From assembly GCA_903864265.1 (NCBI GenBank), contig CAIPFN010000157.1, positions 687 through 64,686 on the forward strand: a DNA stretch of 64,000 nucleotides, written 5' to 3'. Source of the stretch: an uncultured Bacteroidales bacterium. Lineage in GTDB: Bacteria > Bacteroidota > Bacteroidia > Bacteroidales > UBA4417. Both the position numbers and the translations under genes were made by a program. The notes beneath the pieces were generated by a model that saw only the letters and a program-made list of their open reading frames with translations, searched no databases and had not been told where the DNA came from. This document shows positions 55,084 to 64,000 of this stretch, one piece after another (the first letter of the stretch is position 1; each line of letters opens with the position of its first letter).

Positions 55084-55473
55084 CTATTTAAATAAGATGA
55101 GAATCTGGCTTTTTGGAACCATATCGCCTTCTTTTATATAAATTTCAGCCACCGTGTAGTTATCCTCTGCAAAAATGGTATTGACCATTTTCATGGCTTC
55201 CAGGTCTATCAGTTTATCGCCGGCTTTTACTTTTTTCCCTTTTACGGCGTAAATCTTCTTGATAGTACCCGGGATAAAAGAATACACTTGTTTAGGGTCG
55301 GCCGGCTGGTAAAATTTCCTGTTCAGGAACTTCTTGGTCAGCCTGGTTTTGTATTTCACATCCTCAATGAGCAAGGTTTGAAACACCTCGGCTTCGTGAA
55401 TTTCGGACGATTCTTCCGGTTTTATGTCTTTTAAATTCAGACTCTTTGAATATTCACTCGTTGGCATAATCAT
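55084..55473 (-). CDS. biotin carboxyl carrier (biotin/lipoyl attachment domain) protein
   Basis: The biotinylation motif LEAMKMVN sits in the C-terminal barrel. The start is placed at ATG 55473 (MIMPTSEY..), because the longer ORF-track N-terminus looks non-coding. Confidence 0.8.
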   Translation of the reverse strand: MIMPTSEYSKSLNLKDIKPEESSEIHEAEVFQTLLIEDVKYKTRLTKKFLNRKFYQPADPKQVYSFIPGTIKKIYAVKGKKVKAGDKLIDLEAMKMVNTIFAEDNYTVAEIYIKEGDMVPKSQILILFK

Positions 55474-55594
55474 TTTTTTAGTAAACACAACTATTGAAAA
55501 ATGCAGGGTCGTAAGCACTCAGCTGCTACAGGGTAGTGCCTTGTACAATCAGATCGGTTTGGGTATCTGGTTTTGGATTACGCCCTCCGGTGAA

Positions 55595-57142
55595 TTAAAA
55601 TGGAGGTATGCCGTGTTTTTTCTGAGGAACGTCCACTTTTTTATCCGCTGAAATTGCGAGAGCGTGAATAACCATATCCCGGGTTTCTTCCGGGCTGATA
55701 ACGGCATCCACATACCCATAGGCGGCGGCAACGAAAGGATTGGCAAATTTCTCTTTGTATTCCTTGATTTTGAGTTTGCGCATTTCATCGGGATTTTCCG
55801 CATCCTTTATTTCATTCCTGAAAATAATGTTGGCGGCTCCTTCGGGTCCCATAACCGCGATTTCGGCGGTTGGCCAAGCAAATACAAAGTCAGCACGTAA
55901 ATGGCTCGAACACATGGCTATATATCCTCCGCCATAAGCTTTGCGTGTGATAACGGTAATTTTCGGAACGGTGGCTTCGCTGTAAGCATAAAGCACTTTC
56001 GCCCCGTGACGGATTACCCCGGCATGTTCCTGGTCCACTCCGGGCAGGTAGCCCGGTAAATCGACCAGCGTAACCAATGGAATATTAAAGGCATCGCAGT
56101 AGCGGATAAAACGGGCAGCCTTGTCGCTCGAATCCACATCCAGTACACCTGCCAGTACCAGGGGCTGGTTAGCTACAAATCCAACCGTAAACCCGTTCAT
56201 GCGGGCAAACCCTATCACTATGTTCTGTGCAAACAGATCCATTACTTCAAGGAAGTCGGAATCGTCGCATATGCCGCGGATCACATCTTTTACATCATAC
56301 GGCTGCCTTGGATTGGTAGGAAAAACTTTCTCGAGGCTGTACTGACGAACACGGGGTGGTTTCTTGGGGAACGGATCGGCTTTCTTCAGGTTATTCCAAG
56401 GGATGAAACTGCAAAGTTTCTTGATCTGCTCGAAACATTCCAGTTCGCTTTCGGCAAAGAAATGAACGTTACCAGTAATTTCGGCCTGCACACGGGCACC
56501 GCCCAATTCTTCCATCGAAATCTCTTCACCGAGGACAGTCTTAATAACTTCGGGCCCGGTGATAAACATTTTGGATATTTTATCGACCACGAACACAAAA
56601 TCGGTCAGCGCCGGCGAATATACCGCACCCCCGGCACAAGGCCCAAGGATCACCGAAATCTGAGGGATTACCCCCGATGCCTGCGTGTTACGGTAAAAAA
56701 TTTCTCCGTAACCTGCCAGGGAATTCACCCCTTCCTGTATACGGGCTCCCCCTGAATCGTTGATGCCGATCAAAGGGATTTTGAGTTTCATGGCGTGATC
56801 CATGATCTTGGTTATCTTTTTGGCATGCATATAGCCAAGCGAACCACCGGCAACGGTAAAATCCTGTGCGAAGATACAGACAGGATAATTGTTGATAGTT
56901 CCTGTTCCGGTAATAACACCGTCACCAGGCAGGTACTTGTCGCTCATTTCAAAGTCGCGCCCTGCGTGTTCTACAAACAGGTCGTATTCGTGAAATGACT
57001 TCGCATCCAGCAAGGCGATAATACGTTCGCGGGCTGTCAGCTTTCCGGTAGCTTTTTGTTTTTGGATGGCTTTATCACCACCGCCACGCAACGCTTCCTG
57101 CATTCTGCGTTTCAAATCAGATGATTTGGAGCTTAAGGACAT
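55595..57142 (-). CDS. acyl-CoA carboxylase carboxyltransferase subunit (propionyl-CoA carboxylase beta / methylmalonyl-CoA decarboxylase alpha family)
   Basis: 515 aa with the duplicated crotonase-like carboxyltransferase pattern (..GGARIQEG.., ..LGPCAGGAVYSPALTDF.., ..AYGGGYIAM..). Confidence 0.92.
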   Translation of the reverse strand: MSLSSKSSDLKRRMQEALRGGGDKAIQKQKATGKLTARERIIALLDAKSFHEYDLFVEHAGRDFEMSDKYLPGDGVITGTGTINNYPVCIFAQDFTVAGGSLGYMHAKKITKIMDHAMKLKIPLIGINDSGGARIQEGVNSLAGYGEIFYRNTQASGVIPQISVILGPCAGGAVYSPALTDFVFVVDKISKMFITGPEVIKTVLGEEISMEELGGARVQAEITGNVHFFAESELECFEQIKKLCSFIPWNNLKKADPFPKKPPRVRQYSLEKVFPTNPRQPYDVKDVIRGICDDSDFLEVMDLFAQNIVIGFARMNGFTVGFVANQPLVLAGVLDVDSSDKAARFIRYCDAFNIPLVTLVDLPGYLPGVDQEHAGVIRHGAKVLYAYSEATVPKITVITRKAYGGGYIAMCSSHLRADFVFAWPTAEIAVMGPEGAANIIFRNEIKDAENPDEMRKLKIKEYKEKFANPFVAAAYGYVDAVISPEETRDMVIHALAISADKKVDVPQKKHGIPPF

Positions 57143-57313
57143 AGGTTTTTAGTTTGTGAATAATATATGGCTTCACCCTTCGGCGAATTTTTCATTCATA
57201 GGCAAAGATACAATCATTTAATTGTAAATTCATGTATCCGTCATGCATTTTTCGTATTGAGGACTGGATTTAGTTGCCGTAATTAATTAATTTTGAGGAA
57301 TTAAACATGCCAG

Positions 57314-57679
57314 ATGAATATAGAAGAATTAAGAGATTACTGCATCTCCAAACCCGCTGTTACCGAAAGTTTTCCTTTCGATGAGTCAACCCTGGTATTT
57401 AAAGTAGCCGGTAAAATGTTTCTGCTCACCGACCTGGTAGATGCTCTTTCAATGAATGTCAAGAACACCCCCGAAAAAGTGATTGAACTCAGGGAACACT
57501 ATCCCAGTGTTTTGCCGGGATACCATATGAATAAAATTCACTGGATAACTGTCATGATCGACGGTACTATAGCCGTTTCCATCCTGAAGCTTTGGATTGA
57601 TGAGTCCTACAACCTGATCGTATCGGGATTTAGCCGCAAGGAGAAACTGCTGTTTGACGAAATGACCACAGGGAAGTAA
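57314..57679 (+). CDS. MmcQ/YjbR family DNA-binding protein
   Basis: The sequence reads ..LRDYCISKPAVTESFPFDESTLVFKVAGKMF...HMNKIHWITV.., which is the YjbR family pattern. Confidence 0.75.
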   Translation: MNIEELRDYCISKPAVTESFPFDESTLVFKVAGKMFLLTDLVDALSMNVKNTPEKVIELREHYPSVLPGYHMNKIHWITVMIDGTIAVSILKLWIDESYNLIVSGFSRKEKLLFDEMTTGK

Positions 57680-58084
57680 TTATGGTAACTCCACGTATTT
57701 TGAAAGTGCGTTTACCAGGGCAGCTTTCGATTGTACGCCTACAAAGGTTTCCATCAGTTTGCCGTCCTTAAAAATCAGAATCGCGGGAATGCCCTGTATT
57801 GCAAATTGGTTTGCCAGAGGCCCGTTGGCATCAATATCAACCTTGCCCACCTTTACCTTGCCCTTGGTTTGACCGGCTATTTCATCAATTACCGGGGCCA
57901 TGGCTTTACAGGGCATGCACCAGGTAGCCCAAAAATCGACCATTACGACACCCTGCTTCGTTTGGCTCACAAAGTTATCGGTGGTTAAGGTTGTTATGTT
58001 GCTTTCGTCCGATTTAGATTTACAGGAAATCAGGTTCAAACATAGTGCTGCTATTATTAGGGCGAAGAAGGTTGCTTTTCTCAT
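57680..58084 (-). CDS. exported thioredoxin-family protein (lipoprotein-like signal)
   Basis: Signal/lipobox-like N-terminus (..ALIIAALCLNLISC) and the active site WATWCMPCK. Confidence 0.88.
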   Translation of the reverse strand: MRKATFFALIIAALCLNLISCKSKSDESNITTLTTDNFVSQTKQGVVMVDFWATWCMPCKAMAPVIDEIAGQTKGKVKVGKVDIDANGPLANQFAIQGIPAILIFKDGKLMETFVGVQSKAALVNALSKYVELP

Positions 58085-58310
58085 GATTTCTGAATTCTAA
58101 AGTTCGGTTATTATATTAGGGTAAAATTGGATTCCGGTTTAAATTCAAATCCGCATAGGGCTGGTATGATTACAAATGCAGACCTAAGTGGCGACTTCCC
58201 CGTAAAATATTCCTTGAGGGGTGAGCGGTTTCAGGTATAAGCCGGGCATCCGACATTTATTATCCCCAACTATCCCAGGAACAAACGGATTCTATACCCG
58301 TTACCGGTTT

Positions 58311-60740
58311 TTATTTCAGCGTCACCAGCGTAATTCCTGACCCTCCGGTTTCGAGTGATGCATCGGCAAAGCTTTTCACTTCGTGTACCCCCGACAGGTA
58401 ATTGCGGATAATACTTCGCAGCACCCCGTTTCCTTTTCCATGCAGAATGCTGACTTCGGAAACGTGCAGCATGATGGCTTCGTCAATATACCTTTGAATG
58501 AGCAATTCCGTTTCGTCGGCCCTCATGCCTCTCACATCAATGGTGATCCGGAAATTAGCCATTCGGGCATTCATATCGTTGACCATATTTTGGTAGGCGA
58601 CTCCCCGGTTAACTGATTTGCGGGCCATGGAATTGGAAACAACTTCCAGGTTTTCGCTTTTCACCCTCAGGGTAACGGTATTAAAGGCTACGGTGGCCTC
58701 TTGTCCATTGATTTCAGTTACTTCGCCGGTTTCCTGCTGTCCTATCATCCTCACCCGGCTGCCTTTCACAACCGGCTTTCCCGGTTCAACCTGGGGTTGT
58801 ATCAATTCTTCCTTTTCAGCAACAGGTTCGGGAAGCTGTATCTCAGCAACTTGTTCGGTGAATTCTTTTATTTCGGTTCTTAGCTTTTTGGTCCGTGTGG
58901 ACTCCGCCTGTGATTGCTTGATTTCACGGATGGTTTTTTCTATGAGCTGATTCGATTTTTTAAGAATGGACTGAGCCTCATGGCTTGCCTTTTCGAGAAT
59001 TTCCTTCTGTTTGCGGTCTAAATCTTCTTTCAGCGCAGTATAGCGGTGAATCAGGCCGTTCAGCATGTCGTCAGCCTGCTGAAGTTGTTTTTCTTTCAGG
59101 CTGAGTTCCAGTTTTTCGGCTTCCAGGTCCTGCATTTGCTTATCGAAGTCGAGTTTGCCATGACCGACTTTTTCGCCTGCCTTTTCCAGCACATCTTTTG
59201 GGAAGGAAATGTTCAGGGCAATTTCAAAAGCAAAGGAACTTCCGGGTCTGCCGGTTTTAAGTACAAATAAGGGTTTCATATGCCTGGTGTCGTACAACAT
59301 CGCCCCGTTCAGGAAACCGCTGTGGTTCGACGCCAGCAGTTTCAGGTTGGCGTAATGGGTAGTTACCACCCCGTAAGCTTTTTTGTCATTCAGCGATTCG
59401 AGTACGGCTTCGGCAATGGCTCCTCCTGACTGTGGTTCGGTTCCTGCTCCAAATTCATCTATAAGGAAGAGCGTGGAATGGTTAGCGAAATCCAACAGGT
59501 TTTTAATATTTAGCAAATGGCTGCTATAGGTGCTCAGGTCGTTCTCAATCGACTGCTGGTCGCCTATATCGATAAAAAGATGGTCGAAAATGCCCGCTTC
59601 GGAGGTGTCGAGCACCGGTATCAGTAAGCCGCATTGTAGCATGTACTGCAACAGCCCCACTGTTTTCAGCATCACTGATTTTCCTCCCGCGTTAGGACCT
59701 GAAATGATCAGGATGCGGTTGTTTTCATCCAGCGAGATGCTGGAGGCTATAATGTCGCGTTTTTGTTTTTTCAGCGAAAGCATCAGCAGCGGATGCCGTG
59801 CCTGTATCCAGCTGAACGACTGTTGGTTCCTTAATATGGGTTTTAACGATCCGGTTTCAATAGCCAGCAGGGCTTTGGCCCTGAGGGCATCGAGACGTCC
59901 TGTAAAGTTGAGGGATTCGTTGAGTAAAGTGACATAAGGCCGTAATTCATCGGCCAGTTCAATGAGTATTTTAATGATTTCGCGGCGCTCGGCCAGTTCC
60001 AGTTCCCTGATGCTGTTGCGCAGTTCAAATACTTCGGTAGGTTCAATAAAGGAGGTTTGGCCCGTAGCCGATTCATCGATGATTACGCCACTGATCTTGC
60101 GCTTGTTCGATGCATGAACAGGAATAACGGCATGCCCGTCGCGGATGGCAATTTCGGTGTCGGAAGGAACCAGTTTATCGAGTTTGGCCTGGGTAAGAGC
60201 CTGCGCAATCCTTTTGTCAATAAGGTGTATAGTTCTTGACAGGCTTTTCCTTATTTCCAGTAGGGCAGGGGAGGCGTTGTCGCGTATATGGCCTTCGATA
60301 TCGAGTACCCGGTTAATGCCTGATAGGATAGCGGGTTCAATATACTGAGCCCCTATCAGGGAATGAAGGCGGGGAAAGTTGGTGCCGGAAGTATTCGAGA
60401 TGAAACTGATGCAATTGCAATAGGCGGTATAGGAGGTACGCAGTAGAAGGAGCGATTCGGCCGGAAGGTATGTTCCCGGTATCAGGATGTGATTCAACTC
60501 ATCTTCCAGTTCGAAATATTCGGATGCCGGATATCCGAAAACCGTGAGCAAAAGGGTACGGAATTCTTCGGTAAGATCGAGTTCGTTGTTAATTTCTTCC
60601 GGATTGTTGCTGAAACAAATGCCGGCCACTCTCGTTTTCCCTCCCTCGCCCTGGCAATAACCTGCAAGCATACGCCTGATGACATCGAAACCGGTTTTTT
60701 CTTCAAAATTTGCAGGTGAGATCACAATTTTTTTCTGCAA
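58311..60740 (-). CDS. mutS2: endonuclease MutS2 (MutS domain V ATPase + C-terminal Smr)
   Basis: Walker A GPNAGGKS, Walker B LFLIDEFGAGTEP, a long coiled-coil linker and a C-terminal Smr domain (..IDVRGMRADE...ILHGKGNGVLR..). Confidence 0.93.
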   Translation of the reverse strand: MQKKIVISPANFEEKTGFDVIRRMLAGYCQGEGGKTRVAGICFSNNPEEINNELDLTEEFRTLLLTVFGYPASEYFELEDELNHILIPGTYLPAESLLLLRTSYTAYCNCISFISNTSGTNFPRLHSLIGAQYIEPAILSGINRVLDIEGHIRDNASPALLEIRKSLSRTIHLIDKRIAQALTQAKLDKLVPSDTEIAIRDGHAVIPVHASNKRKISGVIIDESATGQTSFIEPTEVFELRNSIRELELAERREIIKILIELADELRPYVTLLNESLNFTGRLDALRAKALLAIETGSLKPILRNQQSFSWIQARHPLLMLSLKKQKRDIIASSISLDENNRILIISGPNAGGKSVMLKTVGLLQYMLQCGLLIPVLDTSEAGIFDHLFIDIGDQQSIENDLSTYSSHLLNIKNLLDFANHSTLFLIDEFGAGTEPQSGGAIAEAVLESLNDKKAYGVVTTHYANLKLLASNHSGFLNGAMLYDTRHMKPLFVLKTGRPGSSFAFEIALNISFPKDVLEKAGEKVGHGKLDFDKQMQDLEAEKLELSLKEKQLQQADDMLNGLIHRYTALKEDLDRKQKEILEKASHEAQSILKKSNQLIEKTIREIKQSQAESTRTKKLRTEIKEFTEQVAEIQLPEPVAEKEELIQPQVEPGKPVVKGSRVRMIGQQETGEVTEINGQEATVAFNTVTLRVKSENLEVVSNSMARKSVNRGVAYQNMVNDMNARMANFRITIDVRGMRADETELLIQRYIDEAIMLHVSEVSILHGKGNGVLRSIIRNYLSGVHEVKSFADASLETGGSGITLVTLK

Positions 60741-60769
60741 AAGTAATCAAAATCAACCCATGCCTGACC

Positions 60770-63700
60770 CTAAGCAGGCCTGCTGTTTTGCTTTTTAATC
60801 AACCGTATCAGCAATACCAGGGCTGAAATAATCAAAAGAGCGAGAACTGCATAAATTTGGAATGAATTGGACTTTTCCCCAAAGCCTTCGAGGGGGCTGA
60901 TATCGCCGACATTCATATAGGAAGCCCAGTAGTGCGGATGAGCCGTAAGTTTATCGCACTTGTCGAGGTATTCCAGTTTAGCCAGGCGCAAAGCTTCATT
61001 CCGCGGTTTCCCCTGGGCTATATATTTATAAAAGTATTCCATGAGTTTTACCCCCGAACGGTCTTCCACAGCCCAGGCTGTCATTATGATGCCTGGGACG
61101 CCTGCGTAGAAAAAATCGCGCGACAGGCTCATGATTCCTTCGCCTTTGCGCATTTTCCCCGATCCTGTATTGCAGGCGCTCAGCACAGCCATGTCGGCAT
61201 GCAACTCCATATTGATCAGTTCCGAAGCGTTTAGCATACCATCGTCGATGGTGTCGTCCTTCGGCTTAAAGAACATCAGCTTTGAATACAGTGGATTTTC
61301 GTTATTGATAATGGTATGCATGGCCAGGTGTAAAACCCTGTAATCGGAAGCATTCTTTTTAAAGGAGGTCTCGGTGGCGTTTTTGCCTGTAAAAGCAGTT
61401 ACCCTGAAGTAATCATTCAGGATTTTGATTTCTTCCTGTGAATTAGTGAGATTCGAAAGTACATTGCGCAGGATCTTGCCGGTTTCATCTTTTTTGTCCA
61501 GAACGGAATTGTCGGGTCCGTATCCGGGTCCGTAGGCAAGGATGCGGCCATTGTTTTGAGTGCTGTGCAGGTTTAGCTCATCAAAGAAGGTTGTTGCCGA
61601 AGGGGCATAGCTCAGAGCGCAGTCCCTGATCAGGTAGGGCAGGTTCCGGTACACAGGTTTTGTAGTATCCGGCAGGGATGTTAGCAAGACGTCAAACGAC
61701 AGGTAACCCAGTTCTCCGTCAGGAATAATAATCAGATCCCTGCCCTTGATAGTCGATTGAACAGGTAGTAAAAGGGTGCGAAATAACTCATGAGAGGCAC
61801 AAACATATTCCCGGAAGTCAGAACCTGAATAGTTATTGAAAACCTTCCCGGTCAATTCCTGTTTTAAAGTCTGCAGATTCCGGGTGAACGATGAATCGAT
61901 TGCGGAAGTGAACAGTTGAGTCTTGTCCGAGGTTATGGCAAAAATAAACAAGGTGGAATCCGTAAGGGTATATTCAATCATCGCCTGTTTCGGGCTCAGT
62001 TTTTTCCGGATCTGCTCTATCGAAATAACTGAATTGTCATATTTCAGGTTATAATACAAGGGGTAATTCTTTTCGATGGATTTGATGAGTTCATCCTGTT
62101 GGCGGCTGAGATCAAAAATATGGTTGTAGCATAATTTGATGTTGGCTTCATCGGGATTGTGGGCAAGCTTCTGATCATGAATCTGTTTGTTGTAGAAAAA
62201 GATTTCTGATTTCAAGCGGGCATCCAATGCAAGAAGGTCATGTGGGATGCGTCCTATGTTTTTAGCCTCCCTGTCGCGCAGATGCGACAGCAGTACGGCT
62301 GACTTTCCTTTTTCGGATAAGATGAAAGCTTCTTCCAGTGCGCCTGCGCTCCTGGTTCTGCGATACAGGCTTACTTCTGCCAGCAGGGCATTTGAAAATG
62401 TGTTTTTCTCATTTTCCGATATAAACAGCTTGCTGTCCTCATCCTGGTATGTTGAACGAAGCATTTCTATCATTTTCAGCGCCAGGCCGAAGCAGGTTGT
62501 GCTGCATTTTAATAAATCAATGCGGGTAGTGTCGGACTGGTACAGCAATAATAAGGCGGTAGCTTTGGCGGTTAAGGGGTTTATCAGATTTTCATTCAGG
62601 TTGTCTTTTTGTATCTGGGGGTTATCCGATATCTTCTCCGAAGTAAATCCCGGGAAGCCGGCCATAAGCGATTGCTGGAAAAACTGAATGGCTTTTTCAT
62701 AGGATTTCGCCCTGTAATAATAGTTCCCGGTATAATAATAGGCTGTTGAAACATCAATATTAACCTTGCCCAGAACTTTCTTATACAAATCAGTTGATTT
62801 GTTCAGGTAAAAGAGTGCCTGTCTGTTCCCTACAACCGAAAGGTAATCGCCAAATCTCAGATAGGTGAGAGCCGTCTCAAGATTGTCTTCTCCATACATT
62901 TCAATGCTATTCTGAAGAGCTGACTCGTAAAATTCTTTTGTTATGTTCGGTTTATCCGACATTTTAAAGGATACACTTGCGATACCCCTAAGTATCTTCA
63001 TTGAATTTGGAAGTTTGTCCCCATATGACAGCCCTTTCAGGTAATAGTTTTTGGCTGTAGCATAATCACCTTTTTTTTCGGCTATATAACCCATGTTCAG
63101 GTATATGGTAAGCAGATCCTTCAGATCTCCGGGGGCCTTCTCTGAAATGATCTCGAGCGACTTATTCAGGTAGCTTTGTGCTTTTTCGTAATCGACGCTG
63201 TAGATGTACCCTGTTGCTAAATTCAGGAAAAGCAGGCCTGCCACAATTGAATTAGACTGATTTTGTGAAATATAAAATCGTTCGGCGCGATCCAGATACT
63301 CCATCGACTTTGAATCGTTCCGCCGGATTTGATAGAACCTGCCCATATTCAGATATAATGAGGCTAGTTTGGGGTCATTTGGCTTTAAAATTTCCTGGGA
63401 GACTTTTAACGCCTTTAAGAAATACTGTTCGGCATTTTCATAATTGGCTGTTATGGAATAAACTATGCCGATGTTCTGAAGTGAACCGGCATAATCGGAG
63501 CTCCTGGTAATTCCTGCCTTCTCGTAGGTAGCGATCGCTTTCTGATATTGAATTCGGGCCTCGTCAAATTTATCCTGGCATAAGAATAAAGTCCCCATGC
63601 CGTTATATGAAAGCGCCAGCCCGGTGTCAAGGACGGAAGACCTTGCCAGGTAAGTTTTTATATTCCGGGTCAACAGGGCCGATGCCTGTTCAAATTGTTT

Positions 63701-64000
63701 TTTATCGGTGAGCAGTAATGCTTTTTTATGAATCAAGCCATTGTATACATTGCCTGTGGTATCTATCTTCCCATTTGCAAAAACCTGTGCCATTTCGGCC
63801 AGTTTCAGGGCTTCGTTCAGATCTCCTTTCGCCCGGAGGCAATCAATCTCTCCCGAAATGCTTTTTGCCCAAGCGGAGTAAAGCTGCACTTTTAAACTTG
63901 ATTCAACCGCTTTGCGGTAATAAATTATGGCCGAATCGTAGCTGCCACGGCTTTTAAGCTGCTCGGCCAATACCAGTTCCGATTCGCCTTTAGTTTGCGG
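60770..64000 (-). CDS. TPR-repeat CHAT-domain protein with C-terminal TM anchor; N-terminus beyond the window
   Basis: The frame stays open to nt 64000, and the ORF-track M at 63970 is an internal TTG. About 500 aa are TPR-like (..YYRKA.., ..AEQYFLKALKV.., ..AKNYYLKGLSY..). The CHAT core carries the caspase-like dyad (..VLHLAMHT.. and ..AVLSACNTGSGK..). The C-terminal helix is IYAVLALLIISALVLLIRLI. Confidence 0.85.
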   Translation of the reverse strand, partial: PQTKGESELVLAEQLKSRGSYDSAIIYYRKAVESSLKVQLYSAWAKSISGEIDCLRAKGDLNEALKLAEMAQVFANGKIDTTGNVYNGLIHKKALLLTDKKQFEQASALLTRNIKTYLARSSVLDTGLALSYNGMGTLFLCQDKFDEARIQYQKAIATYEKAGITRSSDYAGSLQNIGIVYSITANYENAEQYFLKALKVSQEILKPNDPKLASLYLNMGRFYQIRRNDSKSMEYLDRAERFYISQNQSNSIVAGLLFLNLATGYIYSVDYEKAQSYLNKSLEIISEKAPGDLKDLLTIYLNMGYIAEKKGDYATAKNYYLKGLSYGDKLPNSMKILRGIASVSFKMSDKPNITKEFYESALQNSIEMYGEDNLETALTYLRFGDYLSVVGNRQALFYLNKSTDLYKKVLGKVNIDVSTAYYYTGNYYYRAKSYEKAIQFFQQSLMAGFPGFTSEKISDNPQIQKDNLNENLINPLTAKATALLLLYQSDTTRIDLLKCSTTCFGLALKMIEMLRSTYQDEDSKLFISENEKNTFSNALLAEVSLYRRTRSAGALEEAFILSEKGKSAVLLSHLRDREAKNIGRIPHDLLALDARLKSEIFFYNKQIHDQKLAHNPDEANIKLCYNHIFDLSRQQDELIKSIEKNYPLYYNLKYDNSVISIEQIRKKLSPKQAMIEYTLTDSTLFIFAITSDKTQLFTSAIDSSFTRNLQTLKQELTGKVFNNYSGSDFREYVCASHELFRTLLLPVQSTIKGRDLIIIPDGELGYLSFDVLLTSLPDTTKPVYRNLPYLIRDCALSYAPSATTFFDELNLHSTQNNGRILAYGPGYGPDNSVLDKKDETGKILRNVLSNLTNSQEEIKILNDYFRVTAFTGKNATETSFKKNASDYRVLHLAMHTIINNENPLYSKLMFFKPKDDTIDDGMLNASELINMELHADMAVLSACNTGSGKMRKGEGIMSLSRDFFYAGVPGIIMTAWAVEDRSGVKLMEYFYKYIAQGKPRNEALRLAKLEYLDKCDKLTAHPHYWASYMNVGDISPLEGFGEKSNSFQIYAVLALLIISALVLLIRLIKKQNSRPA

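Overview
This looks like a Bacteroidota chromosomal segment. The basis is T9SS-type C-terminal sorting domains, a gldA-like ABC ATPase, TAnnTTTG-type promoter boxes, no Shine-Dalgarno dependence and a murF-less dcw cluster. The left ~27 kb is accessory. It holds a 5'-truncated M14 peptidase, a PD40 propeller protein, a small HEAT-like gene and a 1.2-kb ORF-poor leader carrying repeated operator-like motifs. An apparent three-gene operon follows: (i) one 18.5-kb ORF encoding a 6,180-aa hyper-modular T9SS surface protein, (ii) an 894-aa GLUG-repeat T9SS protein, and (iii) a 79-aa mini-protein that is little more than a signal peptide plus a sorting-signal-like tail. A very strong intrinsic terminator closes the operon. 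Next come an AI-2E transporter and radical-SAM/SPASM gene pair, a gldA-like ABC ATPase and a BNR/Asp-box T9SS protein. The rest is mostly housekeeping. It contains rplM-rpsI, rpsB-tsf, a DUF2809-like gene and yqeY. The complete dcw cluster (mraZ-rsmH-ftsL-like-ftsI-murE-mraY-murD-ftsW-murG-murC-ftsQ-ftsA-ftsZ) lies on the minus strand at 36.5-52.0 kb, with a candidate MraZ operator upstream. After it come an O-/N-acyltransferase pair of the glycine-lipid type, engB, an acyl-CoA carboxyltransferase plus biotin carrier, yjbR, a thioredoxin and mutS2. The last gene is a membrane-anchored TPR-CHAT protein cut by the right edge. I recognised no rRNA, tRNA, CRISPR array, transposase or integrase. 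The best candidate for something undescribed is the giant-protein / GLUG / mini-protein operon with its unusual upstream region. All family names come from motif reading by eye and need HMM confirmation.
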